The translations under genes and the position numbers were made by a program. This document shows positions 31,357-41,568 of a stretch of DNA of 64,000 nt, in pieces. The notes below the pieces were generated by a model, which did no database searches, was not told the origin of the DNA, and saw nothing but the letters and a program-made list of their open reading frames with translations. Source of the DNA: an uncultured bacterium (GTDB lineage: Bacteria; Babelota; Babeliae; Babelales; Babelaceae); contig CAWGPQ010000005.1 in NCBI GenBank assembly GCA_963824495.1, positions 1 through 64,000 of the forward strand, written 5' to 3'. The stretch's first letter is position 1, and the number at the start of each line of letters is the position of its first letter.

Positions 31357-32682
31357 ATGCCAGAATTTATCCAAGAACGTACTTTATCATCTCAATTGGC
31401 TCAGGCTATTAATCAGTCTATTGTTATAAGTGGTTGGCTACATAAAAAGCGCGAGCTTGGCCATATTGCATTTCTTCTGCTACGTGATCGCCACGGAGTA
31501 ACGCAAGTTATTGCAAATAAGGCACATGTTGAGCAACTCAAAGGTGTCCATACTGGGTCTGTTTTAACAATACGAGGTACCGTTGTTGCGCAACCGGCTG
31601 CTCCTGGTGGTGTTGAGCTTCAGTGCCATGAAGTTACCGTTGATGTGCCGGTAGCATACCCTAGTCCCCTTGAAATCGACAAGCCGATTAGTCATGCGCC
31701 CGAACATTTAGATACTCTTTTTGAGCATAAGATTGTTACCATGCGTAACCCAATCGAAGCGAGCATTTGGCGCATTCAGGCGGGTATTGGAGACGCCATC
31801 AGGGCATATCTCAAGCACCATGATTTTACCGAATTTCGTAGCCCCAAATTGCTTGCAGGATCCACAGAAGGTGGAGCAGAGGTGTTTAAAGTTGATTATT
31901 TTGGTAAGTCTGCAACGCTTGCTCAATCGGCACAGTTTTACAAGCAGATACTTGTCGGGAGCCTTGAGCGGGTATTTGAGTTTGGTGCAACGTATCGTGC
32001 CGAACCAAGCGTAACAACGCGACATATGACTGAGTTTACTACCGTTGATGTTGAAATGGGCTTTATCGTCGACATCTCTGATATTATGCAGCTCATTAAC
32101 GGTATGCTTATTGAAGTATGCAACTTCGTATGGGACCACTACGAAAAAGAGTTGCGTGTGCTTAAGGCGCATAAGCCAGTTATTGCGCAATTCGTTCCAA
32201 CGGTTACCCTAGAACAACTGCATGAGCTTTGTTTTCAAGAAACGCAGCAAGATTTTCGTGGTGAAAAAGATCCATCACCTTATGAAGAACGCTGGATATG
32301 TGAATATGCGGCACAGCAATGGGGCAGCGAGGTAGTGTTTATCACTGGATTTCCTGCTGCTGACATGAAGTTTTATCATTATCGCTCCCAAGCAAATCCC
32401 GCATGGGCAGATCGCTTTGATGTGCTGTTTCGTGGTGTTGAGATTATTACTGGCAGCAGGCGCGAACATAGGTATGATAAACTTGTTGAACAGTTGTGTG
32501 CTATGGGCTTTGACCCAGAGGACCAGGCCTATCGTTATTACCTACAGGCCTTTAAATACGGTATGCCACCACATGGTGGCTTTGGTTTGGGTCTTGAGCG
32601 GTTAACACAGAAAATTATTGGACTTAACAACGTCAAAGAGGCGACGCTTTTCCCGCGCGATATGCATCGCCTTGTGCCATAG
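31357..32682 (+). CDS. aspS: Aspartyl-tRNA synthetase, short archaeal-like type, probably non-discriminating (Asp/Asn)
   Basis: 441 aa with no GAD insert; LRDRHG; APGGVEL loop; LAQSAQFYKQ; YRAEPS.TTRH; GMPPHGGFGLGLER; LFPRD. Confidence 0.92.
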   Translation: MPEFIQERTLSSQLAQAINQSIVISGWLHKKRELGHIAFLLLRDRHGVTQVIANKAHVEQLKGVHTGSVLTIRGTVVAQPAAPGGVELQCHEVTVDVPVAYPSPLEIDKPISHAPEHLDTLFEHKIVTMRNPIEASIWRIQAGIGDAIRAYLKHHDFTEFRSPKLLAGSTEGGAEVFKVDYFGKSATLAQSAQFYKQILVGSLERVFEFGATYRAEPSVTTRHMTEFTTVDVEMGFIVDISDIMQLINGMLIEVCNFVWDHYEKELRVLKAHKPVIAQFVPTVTLEQLHELCFQETQQDFRGEKDPSPYEERWICEYAAQQWGSEVVFITGFPAADMKFYHYRSQANPAWADRFDVLFRGVEIITGSRREHRYDKLVEQLCAMGFDPEDQAYRYYLQAFKYGMPPHGGFGLGLERLTQKIIGLNNVKEATLFPRDMHRLVP

Positions 32683-32700
32683 TTTTTCAAGGAATACACG

Positions 32701-33162
32701 ATGAATATCATACCCGTTTTTATAATTCTGCAAATAATTCTCTTATTTTTTATGACGTTTCACGACTGGATTCATGTTCCTCCCTTGACTGATATTCGTG
32801 AACTTGAAAAGCATAATTCAAAGAAGGGACGCCTCATTAACTCTTGGATTTTTTTCGTTATAGTTTGTATTCCTTTGGTATTGACCTGGATATATCAATA
32901 TGCTTTTCAGGGATGGGTTTTGATAACTATTGTTAATTTTTACGGCTTACTGTCAATCGGCACTATTTTTTCTTGGTGGATACCTTATTTTTTTGGCAGT
33001 TCTATAGCTCATAAAACAGCATTTGCTGAATATCGTACTACGCATAGATTTTTGCCAGCTCGTGGTGATAATATAATACCAAACACTTTTCATGTTATTT
33101 TACACGTACAAATATGGGCTTGTTTAGGTATAGCATTATATCTACTGATTAATCATGTATGA
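32701..33162 (+). CDS. Hypothetical 4-TM membrane protein
   Basis: Hydrophobic 153-aa ORF with HDW, WWIPY and PNTFH motifs. Confidence 0.75.
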   Translation: MNIIPVFIILQIILLFFMTFHDWIHVPPLTDIRELEKHNSKKGRLINSWIFFVIVCIPLVLTWIYQYAFQGWVLITIVNFYGLLSIGTIFSWWIPYFFGSSIAHKTAFAEYRTTHRFLPARGDNIIPNTFHVILHVQIWACLGIALYLLINHV

Positions 33163-33315
33163 CTTTACAAAAAAAGCAGTGGGACAAGCACATTGCATAA
33201 GGTGTGTTTCTGATTTTTTGTAATGAGCAATTAATTTGCTTGTTTTGCCTATCAATCACCATTTTTTGGTATACTGATGCGAAATAGGCAGTTTTTATCT
33301 GCTTGAGGAGATATC

Positions 33316-33661
33316 ATGCGCGCAATAGAATTTATGGCAACGGCTGAAAAAGGAACAATACAAATACCCAAAGAATATCAAGAAGAATTAAAAGACCAGT
33401 TTCTCGTTATTATTGTTAAAAATATATCATCTGTTGAAGTAGAGCAGCCTCGTAAAAAGCGTATTCTTAGCGCTCCCCAAGATAAAGACAAAAGGCTTCA
33501 AGTTTGATAAAGACGAAGCAAATGAAAGATAGGGTTTTTTTGATAGTAACGTACTTATCCGTGTTTATTCTATCGATGAGCCTAAAAAGTTAAATATTAT
33601 TATGCACAATCAGCACATTATTGAATGTACTTTAAAAAGTGTTAATCCATTTCGTAGCTGA
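33316..33661 (+). pseudogene. Decayed antitoxin + PIN (VapC-like) toxin pair
   Basis: Antitoxin ends (frameshifted) in KTKGFKFDKDEANER* at 33532. It overlaps MKDRVF-(frameshift)-DSNVLI...VNPF, a PIN N- and C-terminus with the middle missing. Confidence 0.7.
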
Positions 33662-33891
33662 AAATTGCTCGAGAATTTTCCTTAGCATTTGAGTTTGAAA
33701 AGACATTTCAAAGTGGTAAAGACAGCTAAAATTTTTCATGTCTTGACCAAGGCGGGTCACCATATTCTAAAATATGAAGAAAGCAGGCAGTATATCGGTC
33801 TTTGTATTTTCAGTCTATGTAAATGCCAACGGTGCATGTGCATTTTTCAAGATGACCAATTAGAGTTTTTAAAGTTGAAAAGGTAGTTGAA

Positions 33892-35541
33892 ATGAGCGAC
33901 AAGACTAAAAGCGTGCGAGACATTACGTATCAACTTCTGCGAGAAGTTGGCCTGAAGACCGTGTTCGGGAATCCGGGTTCGACGGAGGAGCATTTTCTCA
34001 AGAATTTCCCATCAGACTTCAGCTATGTGCTTGCTCTCCAAGAGGCATCGGTGATCGCGATAGCTGACGGTTTTGCTCAGGCCACGGGCCTTCCAGCCTT
34101 GGTGAACGTCCATACCGGAGGTGGGTCGGGCAATGCCATGGGTAATCTCATCACCGCCTTTCAGAACAAAACGCCCTTGATTGTAACAGCGGGCCAGCAA
34201 ACACGCGAAATGCTGTTGATGGAACCTTGGCTGACGAATGTTGAAGCTACTATTCTTTCTCGCCCCTGGGTGAAGTGGGCCTATGAGCCAGTGCGTGCCC
34301 AAGATGTGCCCGCTGCTTTCATGCGTGCCATTGCCACGGCTCTTCAGCCACCTGCAGGTCCTGTCTTTCTCTCTCTTCCACTCGATGATTGGGAAAAGCC
34401 CTATGTTGGATCAGCAGCGGTTGTGCGGACGGTGAGTCGTCGCTTTGCTCCTGATCCTACTCGCTTGGCGGAGTTCGCGCAAGCCTTGTCGGAGGCATCG
34501 TCACCCGTCCTAATCTATGGCGCCGCAATCGATCGTGGCAACGGTTGGAGCGAGGCTATTGCTTTTGCAGAGGTGCTTGGCGCACCAGTCTGGTCTGCGC
34601 CTATTTCAGATCGTGTGTCATTTCCTGAAAATCATCCTCTCTATGCAGGCGAATTGCCATTTGCCATTGGCCCACTTAGTCAAAAGCTGCAAGGTCATGA
34701 TGTAGCGCTTGTTGTAGGTGCTCCGGTATTCCGTTACTATCCCTATGTGCCTGGTCCATATTTGCCAAATGGAACGCGCCTCTTACATATTTCTGATGAT
34801 CCGGCAGAGACGGCACGCGCACCGGTCGGCGACAGCTTATTGGGAGATGCTGTCTTGTCTCTGGCCACTCTCAAAGATTTATTGGACAAGTCGAAAATAA
34901 ACAAGTTGCAGGAAAAAGTGGTGCATCGTATTGTGCCTCATCGTGTGGCTCATGGATCGAACTCGAAAAAAGTATCTGATGATGGTCTTCTTGCTGCAGC
35001 ACAAGTTTTCGATGCTCTCAGCGAAATTCGGCCTGAAAACGTCATTTTACTAGAGGAGTCCCCCTCGAATGCCGCCGATCTTCACCAATACTGGCCGATT
35101 ACTCAACCGGCTTCATTCTTTACTTTTGCTAGTGGAGTACTCGGTTGGGGCCTGCCGGCATCTGTGGGTATTGCACTTGCCGAGCGCAAGACTGGTCGCA
35201 ACCGCCCAGTGATCTTGATAATCGGCGACGGATCGTTTCAATATTCAATTCAGTCGCTCTGGACAGCGGTTCAGCATAATCTGCCCATTCTGATTATTGT
35301 TATGCGCAACGGACAATATGGCATTCTCAAGTCGTTTGCAAAGTTTGAGAATACGCCCGGTGTTCCGGGCCTTGATCTTCCTGGTCTTGACATCGTCTGT
35401 TTGGCAAAGGGCTTTGGCTGCGATGCTGCACGTCTTGATGATCTCAATGTTATCAAGAGGGCTGCAACGGAGGCTTGGACTAAATCAAAGCCCACGGTGC
35501 TAGAGATTCCCATTTCTCCCTGGGTCCCACCGCTCATTTGA
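33892..35541 (+). CDS. mdlC: Benzoylformate decarboxylase (ThDP-dependent)
   Basis: VFGNPGSTE; LALQEAS; TAGQQTR; GGVLGW-like SGVLGWGLPA; IGDGSFQY...NGQYGILK; VPGLDLPGLD. Confidence 0.85.
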   Translation: MSDKTKSVRDITYQLLREVGLKTVFGNPGSTEEHFLKNFPSDFSYVLALQEASVIAIADGFAQATGLPALVNVHTGGGSGNAMGNLITAFQNKTPLIVTAGQQTREMLLMEPWLTNVEATILSRPWVKWAYEPVRAQDVPAAFMRAIATALQPPAGPVFLSLPLDDWEKPYVGSAAVVRTVSRRFAPDPTRLAEFAQALSEASSPVLIYGAAIDRGNGWSEAIAFAEVLGAPVWSAPISDRVSFPENHPLYAGELPFAIGPLSQKLQGHDVALVVGAPVFRYYPYVPGPYLPNGTRLLHISDDPAETARAPVGDSLLGDAVLSLATLKDLLDKSKINKLQEKVVHRIVPHRVAHGSNSKKVSDDGLLAAAQVFDALSEIRPENVILLEESPSNAADLHQYWPITQPASFFTFASGVLGWGLPASVGIALAERKTGRNRPVILIIGDGSFQYSIQSLWTAVQHNLPILIIVMRNGQYGILKSFAKFENTPGVPGLDLPGLDIVCLAKGFGCDAARLDDLNVIKRAATEAWTKSKPTVLEIPISPWVPPLI

Positions 35542-35596
35542 GGAAATTGGGCAAAGTTTTTACATTGAAGCAGAACTGTAGAGACAAGAAATTTTA

Positions 35597-36085
35597 CTAA
35601 GAAGTTTTTTTATTTTTAAAAATATCTTGCGGTTCTTTTCCAAGTAATGCCAAAAGATGTGCCAAACTTGCAATGGTTAAATTTGCTTCACCCTTTTGTA
35701 TTTTAGCTACATGGGTTGGGCTTGAATCCAAACGTCTTACAAGCTCATTAAAGCCTATGTTGTTTTTTTCATGTAATCATTCATAGCACCTGAAATTGCT
35801 TTTTGCATAGATTGTAGAATTTTAACTTCCAGTTGCGCTTGTTCTTCAATTTCAGCAATCTCATCTTTGTTGAGGCATTGTTCAAGATATTTTTGGAAAC
35901 TTTTTGTTTTCATGATGTCTTTCTATTTTGGATAACCGGTCGCGAGCAACTTTGATATCTCTTTCCTGGCTTGTTTTATCACCAGCTGCAAGCAAAATAA
36001 TCAAGTGTTTGCCGTGAAATTCGTAATAAATGCGATAACTATATCTACGTTCTCTTAATTCAAAAAGACCCTCGCCTGATGCTCT
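35597..36085 (-). pseudogene. Decayed RelE-family (addiction killer) toxin + HTH antitoxin
   Basis: Toxin remnant GEGLFELRERRYSYRIYY...LLAAGDKTSQERDI lacks its 5' end. Antitoxin 35913-35597 (MKTKSFQKYL...IGFNELVRRL...GEANLTIASL) has a frameshift. Confidence 0.75.
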
Positions 36086-36122
36086 ACTATGGGGAGTTTT
36101 AATTCATTATATTCTAAAAATA

Positions 36123-37112
36123 ACGCGAATTCGACATAAGATAAGATAGAAAAAAGTGAGCAAAATACTATCCTTTTTAAATCAGAAACAAAAAAAGAAA
36201 GGAGAAGTAAAATGCTCACAGATTTATTTTACCACGTTGATGAATTCTGCAAAGACCTATCGAAGGTTACGGAAGAAGAATTGAGGATTGAAGATAGTGA
36301 AAGAAAACGAAAAAGAAACTGTAGGCTGCAGCTTAGTGAAGTAATGACGCTAGTGATCTATTACCACTATTCAAACTATAAAACACTCAAAGATTATTAC
36401 CAAAGGCACGTTTTGCGCAACCTAACGTCAGAGTTTAGCGAGCTGGTTAGCTATACGAGGTTCATTGAACTTAAGCAGGAAGCAGCATTACCTCTTGCAT
36501 TATTTAGCAGACTTACGTGCTCGAATCCTTGTACTGGCGTATCATTTATAGATAGTTTTGCCCTAAAAGTATGCCATAATAGAAGAATTAACTCCAATAG
36601 GGTATTCAAAGATATAGCTCAGGGAGGCAAGACAAGTATTGGCTGGTTTTATGGCTTTAAAGTACATTTTTTGATTAATGTATATGGTGAAATTATAAAC
36701 TTTTCTATAACTACGGGCAATGTAGCAGACAGCAATCCTGAGGTGCTTGATGTTTTAACTCAATCAGTATCGGGTAAAGTATATGGTGATAAAGGTTATA
36801 TTCTCAACGCTGAGCGGCTTGAATCTTATTGCAATAAGGGTGTTCAATTTGTTACAAAAGTTAGAAAGAATATGAAGAGCAGCCCTATTGATGGAGTTGA
36901 TACATTGCTTTTGAAAAAGAGGGGTGTCATTGAGTCATGTATTGGCATTATGAAGGGTTCTCTCTCTATAGAACATACTAGACATCGTAGTCCTATTGGC
37001 TTCCTTGCTCATATATTTTCTAGTTTAATTGCTTATAGTTTTAGGCCCACAAAGCCTACAATCGTAGTCGATGATGCTCTATCTGTTCTCATGCCTTAAG
37101 TCGAATTCGCGT
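36123..37112 (+). mobile_element. IS982-family insertion sequence, complete (990 bp)
   Basis: 18-bp terminal inverted repeats ACGCGAATTCGAC(A/T)TAAG, 17/18 match. 8-bp target duplication TAAAAATA at 36115-36122 and 37113-37120. Confidence 0.95.
36212..37099 (+). CDS. IS982-family transposase
   Basis: LSEVMT; VSYTRF; FIDS; GWFYGFKVH; GDKGYI; RGVIES; HTRHRS. Confidence 0.95.
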   Translation: MLTDLFYHVDEFCKDLSKVTEEELRIEDSERKRKRNCRLQLSEVMTLVIYYHYSNYKTLKDYYQRHVLRNLTSEFSELVSYTRFIELKQEAALPLALFSRLTCSNPCTGVSFIDSFALKVCHNRRINSNRVFKDIAQGGKTSIGWFYGFKVHFLINVYGEIINFSITTGNVADSNPEVLDVLTQSVSGKVYGDKGYILNAERLESYCNKGVQFVTKVRKNMKSSPIDGVDTLLLKKRGVIESCIGIMKGSLSIEHTRHRSPIGFLAHIFSSLIAYSFRPTKPTIVVDDALSVLMP

Positions 37113-37220
37113 TAAAAATATAATGACCTCCCTCAAAAAATCTGTAATTGGAGAAAATAGGAAGTATAATAATGCAAAAGATCATTGCAATCGTGAGCAC
37201 AAAAGCTAGAAAGAAGTCCT

Positions 37221-38276
37221 ATGAGATTCACCGTTCCTCAACGCTTACGCCCTTATGACAAGGTTGCTATAGTATCTCCTGCATCAGGGTGTGCTTATTT
37301 GTTTCCAGAAGTTTATGAGCTTGGCTTAAAGCGCCTGCGGACTGTCTTTGATCTGGAGCCAATAGAGTTTCCATCGGCTCGTAAAAGCCCTGAATATTTA
37401 TCAAAAAATCCACAAGCACGAGCAGATGATATCAATGCTGCTTTTGCAGATAGCTCTATCAAAGCGATAATTGCAACGGCAGGTGGCAATGATTGTATTC
37501 GTATTCTCCCTTATCTTGATGCAAAAACAATTATAGCAAATCCCAAAGCTTTTCTTGGCTATAGCGATTGCACAAATATTCATGTTTTTTTGTGGAATCT
37601 TGGGCTTATTTCGTATTATGGTGGCTCAGTTATGTCACAATTTGGTATGCAGTATGCAATGCATGATTATACTATCAGCTCTATAAAAAAAGCACTTTTT
37701 AGAGATAGCATTGGTCAAATAAGTGCTTCGCTTGACTACACTGACTATGATCTTGATTGGTCAAACCCAGATAATCTTGTTCTTAAGCGTCCTCTTGAAA
37801 AAGCTCCCGATTGGCAATGGCATAATTTTAATAGCATAATAACAGCGGGCAGACTATGGGGTGGGTGCCTTGAAACCCTAGACTTACAGTTTGCTGCAAA
37901 TCAGTACTTGCCCGAACTGGAAGATTTTGATGATATTGTTATGTATATCGAGACATCGGAAGAATTGCCAAGCGCTGGATTTGTCTATCGCTTTATAGCC
38001 GCTCTTGGAGAACGAGGAATACTCGAGCGTATCGGGGGCATGTTGGTTGGATTGCCAAAAGCCCAGTTTCTTCATGTTCTTCCATCAGAGGGTAAAGCAC
38101 AGTATTTGGCTAATCAGCGTGCCGCAATTGAGCAAGCATTAGAGGATTACGGCTGCAAGCTTCCTGTCGTTTTTAATCTCAACTTTGGTCATACTGATCC
38201 TCAGCTATTGATACCTAATGGTGGAATAGTTCGTATTGATGGTATCAAAAAAACAATTTTTTTTAGCTATCAATAA
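37221..38276 (+). CDS. S66 family LD-carboxypeptidase (MccF-like)
   Basis: VAIVSPAS; RADDINAAF; FLGYSD; GRLWGGCLE; IETSEE; FGHTDPQ. Confidence 0.9.
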   Translation: MRFTVPQRLRPYDKVAIVSPASGCAYLFPEVYELGLKRLRTVFDLEPIEFPSARKSPEYLSKNPQARADDINAAFADSSIKAIIATAGGNDCIRILPYLDAKTIIANPKAFLGYSDCTNIHVFLWNLGLISYYGGSVMSQFGMQYAMHDYTISSIKKALFRDSIGQISASLDYTDYDLDWSNPDNLVLKRPLEKAPDWQWHNFNSIITAGRLWGGCLETLDLQFAANQYLPELEDFDDIVMYIETSEELPSAGFVYRFIAALGERGILERIGGMLVGLPKAQFLHVLPSEGKAQYLANQRAAIEQALEDYGCKLPVVFNLNFGHTDPQLLIPNGGIVRIDGIKKTIFFSYQ

Positions 38277-39312
38277 TGAATAACGCCCATTATTTTAGAC
38301 TGTGTTATAGTTTCAGCAAAGTTTGCGATAGTGGGAGCATGTATAAATGCGTCACACGCAAATAGGTAGATAGTAGGATCTACTTTGTTATGCGAGTGCG
38401 TGTATGGCGTTATAAGCGCAGCCTTAGGTGTATTTGATGCTAAGTTCCAGATCAGCTCTAGATGACGTAACGGTACCATAAGATCATTTTTTCCATGGAT
38501 AAAGAGAATTGGAGAATCATGTAAGAATGGCAAATATTCTTCAATTGATACTGATGGTACTACAAATTTTAGTAATTTAAGCAAATTGCTTCGTACTATC
38601 GGTCTTTTTAAAAAGGATTTAATAACCTCGGGAGCTCCACCAGATTGCGGGCTCAAGGGAAGAAATGGGTCCAAACTTATTGACTCTGCAAATGCATTAA
38701 AAGAGTGCCAACAACTGTCTAAAATCAATTTATCAAATAATTTTTTTCCCTCGTTGTGTGCTGTAACTTGTGCAGCTACAAAGAGAAAATTGCTATAACA
38801 TTGCCCTAAGCAAACCTTTGCTTCGTATTGTTTATGGTTATCGAGAAAATTAACTACGGCAACAACTTCTTCTTGCTCTTCATAAACTAACTTATTAAGC
38901 GGATGAAGTAGCGTAGACGGCTTGAGAAGAAATGAAATAATATCGTTCCATCTATAATCAAAAATAATAATATCATAGTTCAAAAACAATCTAACAAATG
39001 ATAACATCGATTCTTTGGTTCCAGGAAATCCTTGTCCGATGACAAGTGCTGAATCGCTATTCCTATCAAAAAACAATGCCTCAAAAGGGATGCCATTAAC
39101 GGTATGCAACGTAATGGGTGAAGCTTTAAGCTCATCTTGTGGATTAGTAATGTTATTCGTACAATAATATGCTTGAGCTTCACGTGCTAAATCGCGAGTA
39201 GTCAAAGATTGCCGAAGCACGTCAGTTTTCAAAAGATATTGAGCTCGGGAATTACTAATGTTTATCGTAATAACGACAGTTATAGTCAAAAATATAATTT
39301 TTTAGAAATCAT
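38270..39312 (-). CDS. Alpha/beta hydrolase-fold protein (probable frameshift near the start)
   Basis: IIFDYRW; LGQCYS at the nucleophile elbow; PILFIHGKNDLMVP. Confidence 0.75.
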
Positions 39313-39421
39313 AAAGTTTGCAATCCATGCTTAAAGATAATTTAAGTGGATGTAAGTATAGCATAACTTAAAAAAATCTTTTGGTTCTTTTGAGAGAACA
39401 AACTTTCTATCGGGGTACTTC

Positions 39422-39464
39422 TTGACTGACTTCCCTTCAAAATTATACTGAGTCATAACTCAGT
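39422..39464 (+). promoter_or_regulatory. Promoter with probable TetR operator
   Basis: TTGACT-16nt-TATACT overlapped by palindrome ACTGAGT-cata-ACTCAGT (39447-39464) just upstream of the TetR gene. Confidence 0.65.
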
Positions 39465-39486
39465 GAGTTTTAACCTGGTAGAAATT

Positions 39487-40083
39487 ATGCAAACAACAAA
39501 AAGAGATATTCAAAAAGAGCAAACACGTGATCGATTGCTATCAGTGGCCTATCGGGCCTTTGCTTGTCAAGGATTGCTTTTAACTAAAACAAGTGATATT
39601 GCTCATGCAGCTGGTATAGCTCATGGCACGTTATTTGTTCATTTTCCAACCCGAGATGATCTTTTACTATGCGTTGTGGAAGAGTTTGGACTTACTCTTG
39701 GTGGCAGATTGCAAGCGCTGGCACAAGGCGAAGTGTATTTGCAAGAAGTACTTATGGCCCATTTAATGGTTATTGAAGAGTTTGAACCTTTTTATGCACA
39801 TCTGATTATAGAAGGACCATTACTTGCTGAAAAGATTCGCACAGCAATCTTTATGATTCAATCAGGTATTGCTAGCCATATAGAGCGTGCTTATAACTAC
39901 GAATTACACGAGAAACAAAAGAAAACTATCAAAAATTTTCCTCTTCACATTCTTCTCAATACCTGGCTAGGGTTAGTACATCACTACCTCATAAATCGTG
40001 ATGTATTTGCACCACACGCTTCGGTTATTGAGCGGCACGGAAAAGAACTACTTAGTAATTTTTTAATAATGATCACTGACTAA
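39487..40083 (+). CDS. TetR/AcrR family regulator
   Basis: TSDIAHAAGIAHGTLFVHFPTRDDL helix-turn-helix. Confidence 0.92.
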   Translation: MQTTKRDIQKEQTRDRLLSVAYRAFACQGLLLTKTSDIAHAAGIAHGTLFVHFPTRDDLLLCVVEEFGLTLGGRLQALAQGEVYLQEVLMAHLMVIEEFEPFYAHLIIEGPLLAEKIRTAIFMIQSGIASHIERAYNYELHEKQKKTIKNFPLHILLNTWLGLVHHYLINRDVFAPHASVIERHGKELLSNFLIMITD

Positions 40084-40097
40084 AAAGGATGATACTT

Positions 40098-40358
40098 ATG
40101 ACTATAACATGTGTTTCATGTGAATCATGTGGTATGCCTCTCATCAGCCCAGCCGACTGTGCTTTGGGTGATACGAAGCAACGTTATTGCATATATTGTA
40201 CTAATGAAAACGGCCATCTAAAATCGTATGATGAGGTGCTTCATGGAATGGCAGCTTATTTAATGCACTCACAGGCAATTGATCACATGGCTGCAGAAAA
40301 AATGGCACATCATGTTTTGAGCAGTATGCCAGCTTGGCAAACAAAAGGAGATAATTGA
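40098..40358 (+). CDS. Putative zinc-ribbon protein
   Basis: CESCGMP...YCIYC...MPAW. Confidence 0.8.
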   Translation: MTITCVSCESCGMPLISPADCALGDTKQRYCIYCTNENGHLKSYDEVLHGMAAYLMHSQAIDHMAAEKMAHHVLSSMPAWQTKGDN

Positions 40359-40819
40359 TGAGCCGGCCTACTAAACTAGCTGAGCTTAATTGGATAACGC
40401 CCTATCTTGCTGTGCAAGATGTTAAAAAAGCTATTGAATTTTATACTGATATTTTTGGCTTTACCGTTCATGAAGCATTACGTGATAAAAACGAAAAAAT
40501 CGTTTTTGCTCGAATTCGTTATAAAGAAACAAATATTATTTTGTCGCCTCATGTTGCGTTTGAGCATGAACATCCTGGCTTTGCGCCGATCGTTACTAAA
40601 ACAATTTCTCCGGTTGTACTCTGTGTCTATTGTGATGATCTGGATAAACGCTATCGGAAAGCGCGTGATTACGGTTTAGAAATTCTCATGCCCTTAGGGA
40701 CTCGTTTTTGGGGTGATGCTATGTTTAGAGTTGCTGATCCTGAGGGGTATTTTTGGGATTTTGCAACACATGTTGCTGATTTTAATCCCCAGCTATTACC
40801 TCCTGAATTGCGTGATTAA
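40358..40819 (+). CDS. VOC/glyoxalase family protein
   Basis: ITPYLAVQDVKKAIEFY; FWGD...DPEGYFW. Confidence 0.88.
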   Translation: MSRPTKLAELNWITPYLAVQDVKKAIEFYTDIFGFTVHEALRDKNEKIVFARIRYKETNIILSPHVAFEHEHPGFAPIVTKTISPVVLCVYCDDLDKRYRKARDYGLEILMPLGTRFWGDAMFRVADPEGYFWDFATHVADFNPQLLPPELRD

Positions 40820-40820
40820 T

Positions 40821-41493
40821 ATGCAACATCCACTAATTAATGCACTGGAAAAGGTGTTCTTAGAGCAGGCAGATGCTCAAAAAGCTAGCTGGCAAGAAGC
40901 ATATATGAGAAATCAGTTTAGTTTTTTCGGTATCTCAAAACCTATGCGAGCCCTGGTTGAAAAAGAGATTTTTAAGCTAAACGCTCTAGCAAGCCAAGAG
41001 GAACTTATACAGGTAATTAAACTCTTATGGGCCAAAGATAAACGTGAATTTCAGTATACTGCCTGTCGGCTTGCCTGTTATTACAAAAAACTTTGGAAGC
41101 CAGATATGGTAACACTTTTTGAGTACATGATTCGTACAAAATCCTGGTGGACACTGTTGATGATAGTGCTGCAAATCTTGTAGGTATCTTAGTGCTTAAT
41201 CACGCAGAGCTTGCTTCAACTATGGATCAATGGATTTATGACGAAAATCTCTGGATACGTCGATCAGCGTTATTATTTCAATTGCGCTGGAAACACCAAA
41301 CCGATGAACAAAGACTATTTTCATACTGTGTTAAGACAATGCATGAAAAAGATTTTTTTATCCGCAAGGCTATTGGGTGGGTCTTACGGGGGAATATTCA
41401 AAAACTAATCCCTTAACAGTGGGTGCTTTTATTAACACTTATCGCGATAGTTTAAGTACACTGAGTATTCGCGAAGGAAGCAAGTATATTTAA
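40821..41493 (+). CDS. AlkD-like DNA alkylation repair protein (2 frameshifts)
   Basis: AYMRNQFSFFG; REFQY; SWW/DTVD; ENLWIRR; DFFIRKAIGWVLR; LSIREGSKYI*. Confidence 0.85.
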
Positions 41494-41568
41494 AGCAAAT
41501 ATATTTAACGTGAGGCTTCACGATACTTATCGAGTGATAACTTAATAAATAACTCTAAGGAAACTAAG

